From NCBI GenBank assembly GCA_013239625.1, contig MU057344.1, positions 808,276-872,275 of the forward strand: a DNA stretch of 64,000 nt, written 5' to 3'. The notes beneath the pieces are model-generated. The model did no database searches. It was not told the origin of the DNA and saw only the letters and a program-made list of their open reading frames with translations. This DNA is from Lama guanicoe (taxonomy: Eukaryota). Shown here in pieces: positions 49,394 through 61,489 of the stretch (positions are counted from its first letter, which is position 1; every line of letters begins with the position of its first letter). The position numbers were made by a program, and so were the translations under genes.

Positions 49394-51019
49394 CAACCGA
49401 GCACCGCTCCCTGGGGCCTCACCTGTGCTGAGTGCTCTGCCGCCCTGTCCTCGTCTCCAGAGCTCACCCTCCCCTACTTCCTGTCGTGGCTCCAGTGTCC
49501 ATCCCGGCAGCCCCTCCGCCGTGCCCCTCACGGCCCGTGTGCACGTCTCCCCATTGGGCGTGGCGCTCCACCCTGCAGGCTGTGTCCCCGGACCCGCACC
49601 TCGTAGGTGCACGCTACACACTGGTTTATCATTCATCATAGTTAGTGATCGGAGCAGAGCGGCTGTGGGAGACCAGGGTGCTGTCCTGGGGACTAGGAAG
49701 GTAGGAGCCCATCCATGGGGGGCAAGAAGAGCCTTGGGAACTGAGGCGGATATTGGAGAATGCGGGGTCCTCAGGGCATCAGATGCCGTGGGGAGGTCGG
49801 GCGTCGCTGAGTGCGAACAGAGGACGGAGGAGTGATGGACCCTTGTCAAATTTCTGGGCCAGCCGACCGAGTATGGACTTGAGTGTTTGCTGTGAGCCAT
49901 CCAGATGGACAGGATGAAACCTGGCGAATGGAGGCCTCCCAGCCCCCATGACACAGGGCACCCACTGCCCACCCTCTTAACGTTTGTTTAAAAAACAGAC
50001 AACTGACCAGCTTGTGGCCAGGTGACTTCTCTTCCTGTGCATCTAGGCACCAGCTCGGTTGTGGCCAAAGGAGGGTCTCAGGCAAAAGGGACGGGCCACC
50101 CTTCAGGACATCAGAGAAATGCTCATTTCCCTCATGACTGGCTGACTGGTCCAAGGTGAAGCCCACCCACCCAGCGAGGCAGGCAGAGCCAGGCAGCACA
50201 GAGGGGCCCTGCCCCTCCCGCCCTGTGGGTTTCAAGGGGAACCCCCGTTTGTCTGATTGCAGGTTGCAGGCACTCGTCCTGCACCTCCCACCGTCCCCAC
50301 CCCAAAATCAGTGGGCAAAAGCTTTCCCTCCCCCTGGAGGAGCGGGGACTGGGTGGGGGTTCCCACTCTTGCCCCCTCCCACCCCATTACAGATGCCCAG
50401 CTCTCCCCAGAGCACCAACGAGCAGGTTTTCACAGACGCTGGGAGGGCGAGAAGGGAGCCCACTGAGACCCCCAACTCCTAGACTGTTCGGCCCTTTGTA
50501 GATGGGGAGGCGGGCGTGTCACTGGGCTGACGTCCCACCTGGTTGTCCTTGGGTTTAAGTCTGGAGGCCGCACCTTCCCACCATTTCCCTTGGGTTAATT
50601 ATGGGGCTGCCAGGCATTCCTGTGTGTCCTTGAAAGTGGCGTCCCGAGAGCCACTCGCCTGGTCCGGCGGGAATTGGCAAGACTTACAGGGAGAAGCCCA
50701 CTTCTCACTTCTCACGTTCTCTGCCGGTGACCCAAGGTCGGAAAGTGAGCGTGGCCAGTCTCACTGGCCCGAGGCTCCCTGCCTAGGGCTGTATCTGCCC
50801 TTGACAGCGCTTTCTTCCAGAGTGATGAAAGAAGACTCAGCTGGTGACCGGAAGGGAGAGAGCCAGAGAGTGTCTCAGGAGCTGAGGGCGGCGCCCACCC
50901 CAGGAAGGGAGACCCTGAGGTCCTGAGCCCCGGGCGGCACGGAGCGGGAACAGTCGACCGGGAGCCCCAGCCTGTGGGTCAGAACTGATGTTCAGAGACC
51001 GTGTGGGCGCGAGCGCTTC

Positions 51020-51720
51020 CTGTAAAGGAGCAGAGGGCTCTCCCCGTGAGTCCAAGGAGACAGTCAGTCAGTTCCAGGTCCTTTGTTCACATCAGAGTCA
51101 GTCACAGGTGGACAGATGTGCAGTGCGTCATAAAAGCCCAGGAGCAGCACAGGCCTCGAAGGGAAGCCCGCGCAGGGAGCACCGGAGGGAAGTGGGCCTT
51201 TAGACTCAGCTGCACACACGTCTCGGGCTTCTGTAGTTTCCTCACAAAGTCAGCACAAAAAGCACACGGGGAAGATGTTTGTAGCAAAACCTATAATGAG
51301 AGATCAGATGACACGTGTGTTCAGTAGTAAAGAGCTGCGGCGTTTTGGTGAACCCCGGGAGTCTGAGGTTGGACAAGGATACGGATGGTTAATTAAAGCG
51401 AGAAGGGTAATTTTCACGAATGCAGGCGCTCTGACCCTCACTGGTCATCGGAGAAATGAGAGACACCAAGAGGCATTAGAGCTCCGTCTGCCGTGTGCAT
51501 GGTGGCAGGGTTCCCGCGCTCCTGGGGGTGCAGACTCGGACCCAGACTTTCTGGAAAGCTCTTGGGGGAATGCTCAGTGGATCGGTCGCCCCCGCCCTGC
51601 AGTCCTGCGGTTTGCGCTCAGGAAGCGGTGCCCCGTTACTTTCCCAGACAGGGCGGTGTCTGGACTTTGCTCTGTGACCCTGGCCCCAAGCGCAGGGTGT
51701 GACCCTCAGCACTTTATACT
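51020..51720 (-). mobile_element. Probable ERV-class LTR remnant, family uncertain
   Basis: Only weak LTR-like phrasing (TGT start; CAGGCGCTCTGACCCTCACTGG, ACTTTCTGGAAAG). Confidence 0.3.
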
Positions 51721-51892
51721 CCACACCCACCTCCGGGGCTGCTGCTGCTGCAGGGCCAGCGGAGGACTTTGGCCTTTTCTGTGAGCGGACCGGAGGCAGA
51801 AGATCCTGGGTCCCTCGGGAAGGGACTTGGGGAGCCAGGGGGGTGGCTGTGCTGCTCAAGGATTCCCCTGGCTTTTCCATCTGAGCGACTAG

Positions 51893-52090
51893 AACAGGGG
51901 TTATAGGCCTTTCCTGGGAAGGGCCTGAGAGTAACCATTTTAGGTTTTGTGGGACATCAGGCCTGTCACAGCTACTCAGCTGGGCCCCCGGCAGGAGGTG
52001 AACAGTGAGCGCAGCTGTGTTCCAATAAAACTTTGTTGATGAGAGCAGGTGGCAGCCCTACCTGCCCAGGCTGTAGTTTGTCCACCCCCA
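51893..52090. mobile_element. MER58A-like hAT-Charlie MITE
   Basis: AAGGGCC..AGTAACCATTTTAGG.TTTGTGGG...GCTGTGTTCCAATAAAACTTT...TGTAGTTTGTCCACCCC. Confidence 0.75.
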
Positions 52091-53369
52091 GGCCAGGAGG
52101 GTGGAGGTGCCACTTGCCGCGTGACCAAGACCAGGAGAGGGGCAGGCCTGGGGCCTAGGATGAGACCCCTCCCCACGCCACAGTGGCATGAAATGGGGCT
52201 CAGGGAGGGAGGAGGAGGGTGGCTGCGTCCCCAGCAACAGCAAGACGGCTCCTGACACCTCATGTGGGGTGGGGGACCGCTCTTCCTGAGAGTCTGAAGC
52301 CTCCCGCTGGACCTCACACCACTGCCCCCGAGTCCACACATCCCAGCAGCGCCCCCAGGAGGCTGGCAGGGGCACAGGTCTCGTCAGCCCAGCCTCAGAG
52401 AATTCCCAGATAAATGAAAAGAAATCTGAGTTCACAGTCCAAAATCACAAATCACTGCGGGAACCCGTGTCCCAGGCAAGCACCTGCAGAGACCCAGCCT
52501 GAACACTCGCTCTGCCTGCACATGAAGTCAGGGCTCAGTACAGTTAGAAAATTGAACTCGATAATGAAAAATATGAGCAAGGACCTGCTTTGGCAGCATG
52601 TAGGAGAGACTTGAAAATTTTTTCACCCCATTAATCTGTTAATTCATGTGAACTTCTGAGAATAGAAGCTTGGCTTTTAAGTTGTGTTTTATTTTTTAGA
52701 GGCACATTTCCTGAAATACTGATAATTCAAATGTAGGTTTGAAATAAAGAGCTCTTGGCAACACAGTGGCAGGACCCCTCAACGCAACGGGTCCTGACTC
52801 CTGGCAAACTCACACTGCTCTCAGTGACTGTTGTCCCAGCCTAGCCCCTGGTAAGGGTGGGCTCTGTAGGAAAAGGGACCTTTGTTAATTTGGAAAGTAA
52901 CCAAGTGGCTGTGAAGTTGCCGCCAGATGTGATCCAAGCATTGCTCACCAAGGTGTTAAATGGTGGTGCAGAGAAAGCTAAACACGTCTAGCATGTCACA
53001 TAAGGGAGGGTGAATTTTTTTACTGGACTCGAGAGTGGTAACTGGTGTTGGACGGGGCTGGAGACGCAGAACGGGATGAAAACCAGTCTTCCAAGGTGCA
53101 GCCTTTCTCTGAGATCTGAGTTTGCTCATTTAGCAGCTGCCTCCTGGGCAGAGCTGCCAGAGCTGGCGCTACACGGGGCTGGCCTGAGACAGGGGTCTGG
53201 GGAGGCAGGGCCCCTTGTGTGGCCCTCGCTGCCGTCCCAGAGCGTGCCCCATGGCCCATGTTTGCCCATGTTTGGGAGGATGGTTCAGGCTATGTGGGGG
53301 ACATGGAATACATTGCTTTTTTCCTGTTACTGAAGTTGATAGTGTAGGGTGTGTGTGTGTGGACTTGTC

Positions 53370-53425
53370 TCAGCTAACATTCACCGGCACCCCTGTGTGC
53401 TGGGCACTGTCCCAGGTGCTGGCCG
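53370..53425 (-). mobile_element. L2 3'-tail remnant containing an RE1-like motif
   Basis: AACATTCACCGGCACCCCTGTGTGCTGGGCACTGTCCCAGGTGCTGG resembles the L2 terminus (..TATTGAGCACCTACTATGTGCCAGGCACTGTGCTAGGTGCTGG). Confidence 0.55.
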
Positions 53426-54400
53426 TGCGGCCACGACCAAGGTGTGCGAACTGTGTGTGGGGAGGGGGCTCCCTCAGGCCCTGGCGCCCAGCTCGGCTCC
53501 TTCCTGGGGAGAAATCGGGAGCGAGCAGGCCGTCTGCGGGGCTCGTGGCCCCCGGGCCCATGCGGCGTGCGGGTGCAGTGAGCTTTCAGACAGCAAGTGC
53601 AGTGCGTCCTCTCTGGCTTCAGGAGTAACTCGAAACTCTCAAAAGAAGGAAGTATGTTAAAATGGTGGAAGAAGGCTAAAACGTGTAAATAAGTCGTGAC
53701 TGGAAGAAACTGAGCAGGAAACCTGTGACACGCAGACACCTCGTAACTGGGAGCTTTGGCTCCGAGTGCCGGCGTGTGACTAGACTTCAGACACGCTCAT
53801 CTCCGTGCATTTTGTGATATTCCAAAATCATGAAAAGTCACCAAACAAGCTGATAATTACCACGAATTTCAGATGTCTAGAGCCTAGAAGACCAAAGATT
53901 GACCATTTAAAAGCTTTCAAGATGCTGGGAAAACCCCCAGTTAATTGCACAGCGCCCCAGGGTGCCAGGACGCCAGGGGGAGTTCTTCCCGTGGTCGGTG
54001 GGTAGATGGGGCGTCTGGACGAGGGTCGGGCAGTGGCTTTCGCCACACCCTCCTCAACCTGGGTCACTGCCGGTGGACAGGGCCCCTCGGCTATTCCCCT
54101 CCAGGGCCCTGCAAGCAGGAGGGGCTGCCCGCGGAGGGGGGTCCTCACCTTGCTTCTCCCTCAAAGGAGCAGAGCCCCCTCTGTGGGGCCCTTGGCTCTG
54201 TGAACCTTGGGCTGGACCCAAGTAGGGGCTGCTGAGGTGGGTGGGGCCAGGGCCGGGATGTGACAAGGGGACAGGACTGTCCCTTCCCCGATGCGGGTCA
54301 TCTTTTGAGATCCATGACAGTGCTGTGTCCCCTCTGTGTGGCTGGGGCTGCAGGGACACCCCGGCCCCGGCGTGACAGCTGCCATTCCCATCCCGTGCAG

Positions 54401-54532
54401 AGAGCGTACTGCGGCCAGTGCAGCGAAAGGATATGGGGGCTCGCGAGGCAGGGCTACAGGTGCATCAGCTGCAGACTGCTGGTCCATAAGCGCTGCCACG
54501 CGCTCGTCCCGCTGCCCTGCAGAAGGCATATG
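54401..54532 (+). CDS. PRKCZ: PRKCZ exon 6 (132 nt): [44 protein letters not shown]; atypical C1 domain; final ATG (54530-54532) is the PKM-zeta start
   Basis: cccgtgcAG|AGAGCG ... CATATG|GTGAGT; zinc-binding His/Cys pattern intact. Confidence 0.97.
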
Positions 54533-54628
54533 GTGAGTGTGGCGGGGCAGGCAGGGTGGGGCAGGGCGGGGCCGTCCACACCAGCCTGGTGCCGTGGTCC
54601 CCCTCTGTCCTGTGGGGACCTGACACCG

Positions 54629-54908
54629 TCCCTGCCACCCACCAGACCAGGGGACGGGATGGACCCCTCTTCCCCAGCCCTGTGAGCCTCCAGCACTCTC
54701 GGGGGGCCTCCAGTGCCCTCTGCCATTCTGGGCTGGAGGTGGGCAAACTAGCTCTGTACCCCGGGCAATCCCTGCCACCCACCAGACCAGGGGACGGGGA
54801 TGGACCCCTCTTCCCCAGCCCTGTGAGCCTCCAGCACTCTCGGGGGGCCTCCAGTGCCCTCTGCCATTCTGGGCTGGAGGTGGGCAAACTAGCTCTGTAC
54901 CCCGGGCA
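54629..54908. repeat. Near-perfect tandem duplication of 140 bp
   Basis: Copy 1 is 54629-54768; copy 2 starts at 54769; they differ by one extra G in a G run. Confidence 0.95.
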
Positions 54909-55722
54909 GGAGGCAGCTCTCGGGAGCTGCGGGGGCAAGAGCCATGCTGCTCTGGTGTCAGGGCCCTCTGTGCTGTGTGCCCCATGATCATGGACCGGGG
55001 CGTCCAGGCCTCCCCATGCCCTGGCCGGCCGGTCACGCCTGCTGGACCTGGAGAGAGAGAAGGGGCTGAACCGTCAGCCGGTCCTGGGCACAGTGGGGTG
55101 AGGAAGGCGGCCCTGGGGCTGGTGTGCCGTCACCTCCTCCAGGACAAGGAGAGGGCCCCAGTCTGGTCTCCCCCCGACACCACCGGGGCATAGGGTCCCC
55201 ACCCAGCCTGTGGGGTGACCTGGCTCCATGCTTCTAAAGGTCCTTTTCACCGTGGCTGCCAGAACCCACACAGGCACACGCACCCTTCCACTCTCTGGAT
55301 CCACGTTAGTCTAAGAGGTGGGACCAGCCCCAAAGATGCAGGCCGTTGGAGTCTGAGGGACGTGGTCCTTGCTGCTCGGTGTCCACTAGGGACCTGCCTC
55401 GTTGTGAGGTCAGCTGTGGAGCCCAGAGCTGAGCTGGGCTGGGGCCTGTGCCTGACCGCGCAGGATGGGGGGCGGGGGGGTTGCTAAATATTATGTAAAA
55501 GCACCCATTTTATACAGCCCCTGTGGGCAAGGCCACAGCCTCGGGCTGGGTTGGGATCTGGTGATGTCCATGTTCCTCTGTCCTCGCTCAGCACAGTGAC
55601 GTAGCAGTTGTCACAACGTGTGCTACAGTGTGTGTCACAGGCGCCTGGAAAAGTCACGCCGTGTCTCCAGAAGAGATGCCGTGACGCCGCCTGGTCACTC
55701 TGTATCGCCTGTCTCCCCGCAG

Positions 55723-55801
55723 GATTCTGTCATGCCCTCCCAGGAGCCTGCAGTGGACAAGAACGACGGCGTGGACCTTCCTTCCGAGGAGACCGATGGA
55801 A
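55723..55801 (+). CDS. PRKCZ: PRKCZ exon 7 (79 nt): DSVMPSQEPAVDKNDGVDLPSEETDG(I); hinge
   Basis: tctccccgcAG|GATTCT ... GGAA|GTAGGG; ends in phase 1, matching exon 8. Confidence 0.95.
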
Positions 55802-56594
55802 GTAGGGCCGCCCGCCTGCCCGTCCTCCCCAGGAAGCCCTTCCCTCCAAGCGCCAGGGTCTGGAGCTTGGCTGCGCGCTGGGGGCGGGGGCCGGGGCCGG
55901 GCTCGTCCAGGGCACCCACCTCCCAGCGTGCTGCCTGGGGTCCTGGGCTGGGGGCTTTCCCCCTGTGCCCGCTCTGGGGGTTCTGGAGGACACTAGTGCT
56001 GCGGCCACCGCGGCCGGCCCCGCCCACATGCTGGATGCCATCTGTGCGCACACGGCGTGCTGTGGTGTAGTTCTTGGGTTTTAGTGGGGGTTTTGTCTTT
56101 TTTGGGGGGTGGGGGAGACTTTTTAATGCTAAGAAGCATTCCGACGGTGATTTTGATGCCAGGTGGACCGACGGCCCAGCTCTGAGCTACAGTTACGCAC
56201 TGTTAACAAGAGCGTGTGGGGGCCCTCGCCCGCCCCTCGGAAATGTGAATCCCGTCCCCTGGGACAAAATGAGACCCCAGAATATAGTCCACTCAGCCCA
56301 CACCTCACGCAAAGGAGACTCTTAGCCTGCAACTGTCCACCCACCACTCACCTGCCAGCCGCCCACCCATCCCCCGTGCACTGTGAGAGCAGACTAGAAG
56401 GCCGGGGTCTCGTGACTGTCGCTTCTGGGAGAGTCAGCAGGGGAGCTTGTCATGCATGCAGGTCCCCAACCCCAGAAGTTCGGAGTCAGACGTGGCCGCC
56501 CCGAGCGGCGCCTGAGGGGGAAGGGCCGGGGGTCCCCGTGCTGCGGGCCGTGCTCCCGACGCCTGCAACACCCTTTCCCTTCTCTCTTCTCTAG

Positions 56595-56647
56595 TTGCTT
56601 ATATTTCTTCAACCCGGAAACACGACAGCATTAAAGATGCTTCTGAG
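56595..56647 (+). CDS. PRKCZ: PRKCZ exon 8 (53 nt): (I)AYISSTRKHDSIKDASE; hinge; absent from the ORF track
   Basis: Long pyrimidine tract ...tctcttctctAG|TTGCTTAT ... TCTGAG|GTGAGT; phases fit exons 7 and 9. Confidence 0.95.
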
Positions 56648-57829
56648 GTGAGTGTAGAAACGGCCTCGTTGGTGCCTCCAGAGCCCTTTGTGGGCCCGTA
56701 GCTCATTTCTGGGGCAGTTGTGGGAATTTAAATGTGAGCTCGCCGTCCGGGAACTGTCGCCCGTCTTACACGAGGGTGTGGTCTGTGGACGTCCGAGGCA
56801 GATGGGTCAGCGGTTTGGCACAGAGGCGCTCTCTGAGCAGGTAGATGAACAGAGAGCAGGCGAACATGACCAAACGTGACCTGCTGTGGAGTCTCAGAGC
56901 CGAGGGTGTGGTGCTCAACCCTGACAGCGATGCAGAATTGGGGGTGTGGGGTCGTGGCTGAGTCTGTGTGAGCCCTGGTCTCAGCCTGGGTCAGGGGACC
57001 TCTCTGACCTGAGGATCCTCTTCTGTCAGGTTCTGGTGATGATTGCACCTTTTGTGAGGATAAACTGAGAGCATCTGTCTAAACGCTCGGTGCCACGCCC
57101 AGCATGCAGGACGCTCTCCACAGCACTGACCGTTCGTGTGGTTGTCTCCACACCAGTCCAGGTGGCTCAGGCCATCACGGGGGCCACAAGGGGCACAGGC
57201 GACCTCCACAGAGGGAACCCCGTGCTCTTGTGCTTTGAGACAAGACAGGACGGGATCACTCGTCATCTTGGTCCTCCCGCATGGCTGGCCTTACTACAGG
57301 GGTCCACGCGCAGGGATGGCCCTTGATTGGCTCTGCCCTTGATCCCGGGTGGGGTGGGCCCAGGGCCGGAGCAGGCTGCCGGGTGCTCACCCCCCGAGAG
57401 GGCTGAGTTCTCCCTCTTGCATCCAGCCTCCAGATTCTCATGTTTTCTCCAGTCGCTGTATGTTCCCGGTGACGGTGGTCCCATCCTGTGGCAGAGACGT
57501 TGGTGCTCACATGCACCTCTCACTTGGGGCACAGGCCTCTGGCTGTGGGGGAGGGGTGTCCAGCATGGCGGAGTCTGTCGAGGGGTGAGAGGGGGCGCCC
57601 GGCCCAAGGCTGGCTCCAGAGGCAGCCTGCTGTCTCCATGGCTGGGTCTGGCCGGGGCACCTCCTTCATGAACCCCCAGGGGCTGCTGCCCCAGAGGCTC
57701 TCTGGGGCCTGGGGCCTGGCACATCCTCTGCTGTGTGTGTGGTCTCCCTGCTCCCACCCCACCCGGACAGCAGAGGGTGCAGGGCTGGCTCCGGAGCAGC
57801 AACTTGCATCAGATTTCATGGCAGGAAAT

Positions 57830-58515
57830 CCTTCCTTTATTTCCGAGTGCTTTCAGCTCCACGAGCAACCCTCCAGTGCTCAGCCGACACTGAGCAGGTG
57901 TCCGACAGCTTAACCCAGTTCTGACACGAGCTGCCGGGGGTCGCGCCAGATCCCACAGGTTATGGGCTCGGCCCCACAAGCCTGCCCCTCCGCACACTCT
58001 CTCTAGATCCCAGTCTCAAGTCCAGGTTGTCACCTGGGCTTCTGGCCTACCGCCTGTAGACTGGAGGGTCCCGTAGCCTCACCTGATTGGCTACAGCAGC
58101 TCCCAGGATTCAGAGAAACAGTTTACTTCCCAGACCACTGGTTTGCTGTAAAAGGATGTAACTCAGGGCCGGCCAGCTGGGAGAGAAGCCCGGCGCCGTG
58201 TGGGGAACAGCTGGGAGCGTCCTCGCTCCCCCCGGGTGAGCACCTTCCGGCCAGTCCTTTGGGGCCCGTGTGGAGGTTTCCTTACACTGGCTCGATGGCT
58301 GGATCATCAGCCACTGGGACGGGTTCACCCCAGCCCCTCTCCCTCCCTGGAGGGCCAACCGTCTAACCATGGGGTCGTTCCCCTGGCAGCCAGCTCCATC
58401 AGGACGTGCCCTAGCAGCTTCCCCAAAGTTGCCTCGTTAACGTAACAGAAGACCCCGTGCTGGCTGTGCCCCCGGAAAGGGGTCCTAGAATGAATGTGTA
58501 TTTCATGCTATACAT
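57830..58515. mobile_element. MER21-like LTR in intron 8
   Basis: CAGTTCTGACAC...CAGATCCCACAGGTTATGGGCTCGGCCCCACAAG, TAAAAGGATGTAACTCAGG. Confidence 0.65.
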
Positions 58516-58876
58516 CACGAGGTCCCGGTTGGGCTGCGGTGAGACACTGTGCCCCTGGGGAAGAGCAGGTCACAGTGGCTGTTCTCAGCCACCATCCCCA
58601 AAGCCTCAGGGAGCAACAACACCCGGGGAAGGGCACGCCTTTCCCGCTGTGAAACTCACCCGTCCTGGTGGGGCTGGACCCGGGCTCCCTGCTTGCTCGC
58701 AGAGGGGCCACCTGCGGCTGGTGGCGGCTTTCGGACGTCGTGTGTGCCCTTCAGGACCGCACACACGACTTGTTCTGGGGCCTTACTCCTGAGTGGGGTG
58801 CGGATGGCAGTCTTTGAGACCTAGAGTGGGCACGTGAGGGTCCCCTGCCCACTTCCTCTTGCCTGTCGCCACCCAG

Positions 58877-59065
58877 GACCTCAAGCCGGTCATTGACGGC
58901 ATGGATGGAATCAAAATCTCTCAGGGGCTCGGGCTGCAGGACTTCGACCTGATCCGGGTCATCGGGCGCGGGAGCTACGCCAAGGTGCTGCTGGTGCGGC
59001 TGAAGAAGAACGACCAGGTGTACGCCATGAAGGTGGTCAAGAAGGAGTTGGTCCACGACGACGAG
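58877..59065 (+). CDS. PRKCZ: PRKCZ exon 9 (189 nt): [63 protein letters not shown]; Gly-rich loop and catalytic Lys
   Basis: acccAG|GACCTC ... GACGAG|GTGAGG; aPKC-specific GRGSYA loop and AMK motif. Confidence 0.98.
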
Positions 59066-59269
59066 GTGAGGCCGCCGTGTGGTACCGCCTTCATTGGGGC
59101 GGGGGCGGCACCAGACGCATCGCCGTCTGCGTTGCGCAGTGCTCGGCCTCCGTGCTGCTCTCTGCCCCTGGGCTGACCCACTCTGCGCCCATGACTCTGA
59201 GTAGCTGGACTCACCCCCGTGCTCTCGGTCTGCTCCTCGCACTGAGCATCACGGCTTGGGGTTCACCCA

Positions 59270-59720
59270 CGTGGCAGCAAGCATCCATGTGCCCTTGCCC
59301 GTTTTTCCTGCCTCAAGAACACTCCATGTCATGGCACACCCCGTGTGGCTTATCTGTTCATCCGCTTTTCGGCACGGGGCTGCTTCCACCTTTTGGCTCG
59401 TGTGACTCTGCTGCCGTGAGCGTCCGGGCACAAGTGTCCCCAGGTCCTCTGGGTTTTTTCCTAGGAGCAGGACTGTGAGTCACAGGGTGAGTCTGTTTAA
59501 CAGCAGCTGCGCCATTTTACACTCCCCCCAGCAGCGCCCGGGGTCCCGGTTTCTGCTCATTCCTGTCCGTACGTGCTGTTTTCTGGTTTCTGATCATCAC
59601 CGTCCTGGTGTGCACCGGTGGCACCTCGCTGCGGTCGCTTGGCCGTCCCGAGGTGACAGCGCTGTTGGCACCTGTTCACAGGCCTCTTCGCTTCCCGCAC
59701 TTGTGCTTTTTCTTTGACAT
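59270..59720 (-). mobile_element. Old L1 3' fragment in intron 9
   Basis: GCCATTTTACACTCCCCCAGCAGCG...GGTTTCTG, TTCCACCTTTTGGCT. Confidence 0.55.
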
Positions 59721-60264
59721 CTGACTGCAGGCCCGCCTCTCAGAAGCAGAAGGATGACTGGGCCAGGCAGCAGTGACGCTGCTACTCTTCAGAGCTGCTG
59801 ACACGTGAGCCGCAGGAGGCCTCCCGGCCCCGGCTCGCGATGTGAAGGGCAGAGCTGGGGCTGCACCTGTGAGCTCACTTGCCCTCCCGGCAGGGTGCAT
59901 TTGTGCAGTGCACAGACTGCCCAGCTGGCCCCTCAGCCCTGGGTGCTGAGCACACAAGTGAGTTTGGGTGTCTGCGCCTCACAGCTGGAGAAGCTGAGGC
60001 TCTGAGAGGTGCTTGGCCAGTGTCTTCACTGCTGGTAGCAGCCCAGCAAGGGGATTCCAAACCCCTTCCCGACTGGAGAGTCAGTGGATGTGTGAGGGCG
60101 GGTTTGCAGAACCCTTAGAGAAGGGACTTTCAGAAGGGACTTGCTGCTCTGATTCCTTCTTGGCACCTTCACGTGGTCTCCCGCAGGCCGAGAGGCAGAG
60201 CTGGGACTTAGAGGTGGTCTCGAAAGGGCGTGCGTCTAGGAGCTGGTGAGCGGGAGCCAACTGT

Positions 60265-61135
60265 GCGTTTATGGGGGACCCTGTGCCCCGTGGACACCAG
60301 GTGGTGGGAGCCCCCACATCCTGACCCCTGAAACCTGTGACTTGAGCATACATGGAAGTGGGGTCTTGGGGAGATCATCCTGGATTATCTCAGGGGGCCA
60401 CATGCAGGGCAAGTGTCCTTTTAGAGAAAGGCAGAGAAAGACTTGAGACAGAAAGAAGAAGCAGACACCCAGACAAGTTGCCGTGAAGAGGGAGGCAGAG
60501 GGGTGCACTGAGGAGCTGGAGGTGCTGGCGTGGGAGGAGCAGGGCCTCGAGTGGCCCTGGAGGTAACCCGGCCTATCCACACCTGCTCAGGCAGAGAGAG
60601 CACACGTCTATGAGGTTTTAAGGCCCGCATCTGGGTGCTTTGTTCCAACAGCATCGGGAGCACAGTGGGAGACCTGAGGGCTTGGTCTCCACGTGGGGTA
60701 GGGGTGGGGAAGCAGGGAGGAGTCTTGGTGACCCTCCAGGGCTTCCTTTCTGAGCACCTGGTGACCTGGTGCCTTTGGAAAGCAGATGGCAGGGGCCTGT
60801 CCAGAGCTCTGTTGGAGGCCTGCTTTGGACATGAGACGCCCAAGTTGAGGCCCCAAGTGGCCACCGCAGAGCAGGTGGGGCTGAGGGGGTGGTGGAGTCC
60901 GTCTCAGGGACGGATGGCGCCGTCCCACCCGAGGCATCTCCTGGGAGAGAGGGAGGAGAAGACAGGGCTCAGGCCTGAGCCCACGCGGGAGGAGCCAGGC
61001 GGCCTCTCACCCACCAGCGGGACGCTCGCTGAGGGTCTGCCAATTTCCCCAGCGTCCTTCAGGGGAGGCAGCCTGCTTGGGACACAGCCCATCCCCTCTC
61101 ACTTTCCCAACCACTAGGGTATGAGGCTTAACCTG
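60265..61135. mobile_element. Adjacent MaLR (MLT1-like) LTR fragments in intron 9
   Basis: CCCCACATCCTGACCCCTGAAACCTGTGA, GGGAGATCATCCTGGATTATC, GTTTTAAG; CACTTTCCCAACCACTA. Confidence 0.55.
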
Positions 61136-61489
61136 GGACGTCTGGGAGCCTCGTCCAGCTCTGCCTCCTGGGGTTGGAGTGGCACCAAAGCCATGGAGTC
61201 ATCACGACTCTAAAGCTGACTTTCCCCCGAGTTTCGGCGGCGCTTGGGAGGGAGGCAGCCCTGTCTTAGGAGCTGGTGCTGAGGAGATGCGTGTGGAGCC
61301 GTGGGAAACCCGCCACGCTTTGTTTTCTCCTTTTTTTTTTTCGATCAAGTTCAACAAGCATCAATACTTTGCCATATTTATTTTTTCTCTCTCCCTCTCA
61401 AACCCTATCTTTTTTCCCCCATGTTTCCTCCTATCTTGAGTGGAGATGATAATACAGACCTCTCGAGGCTGCCATGGGCAGGGCGTGGG

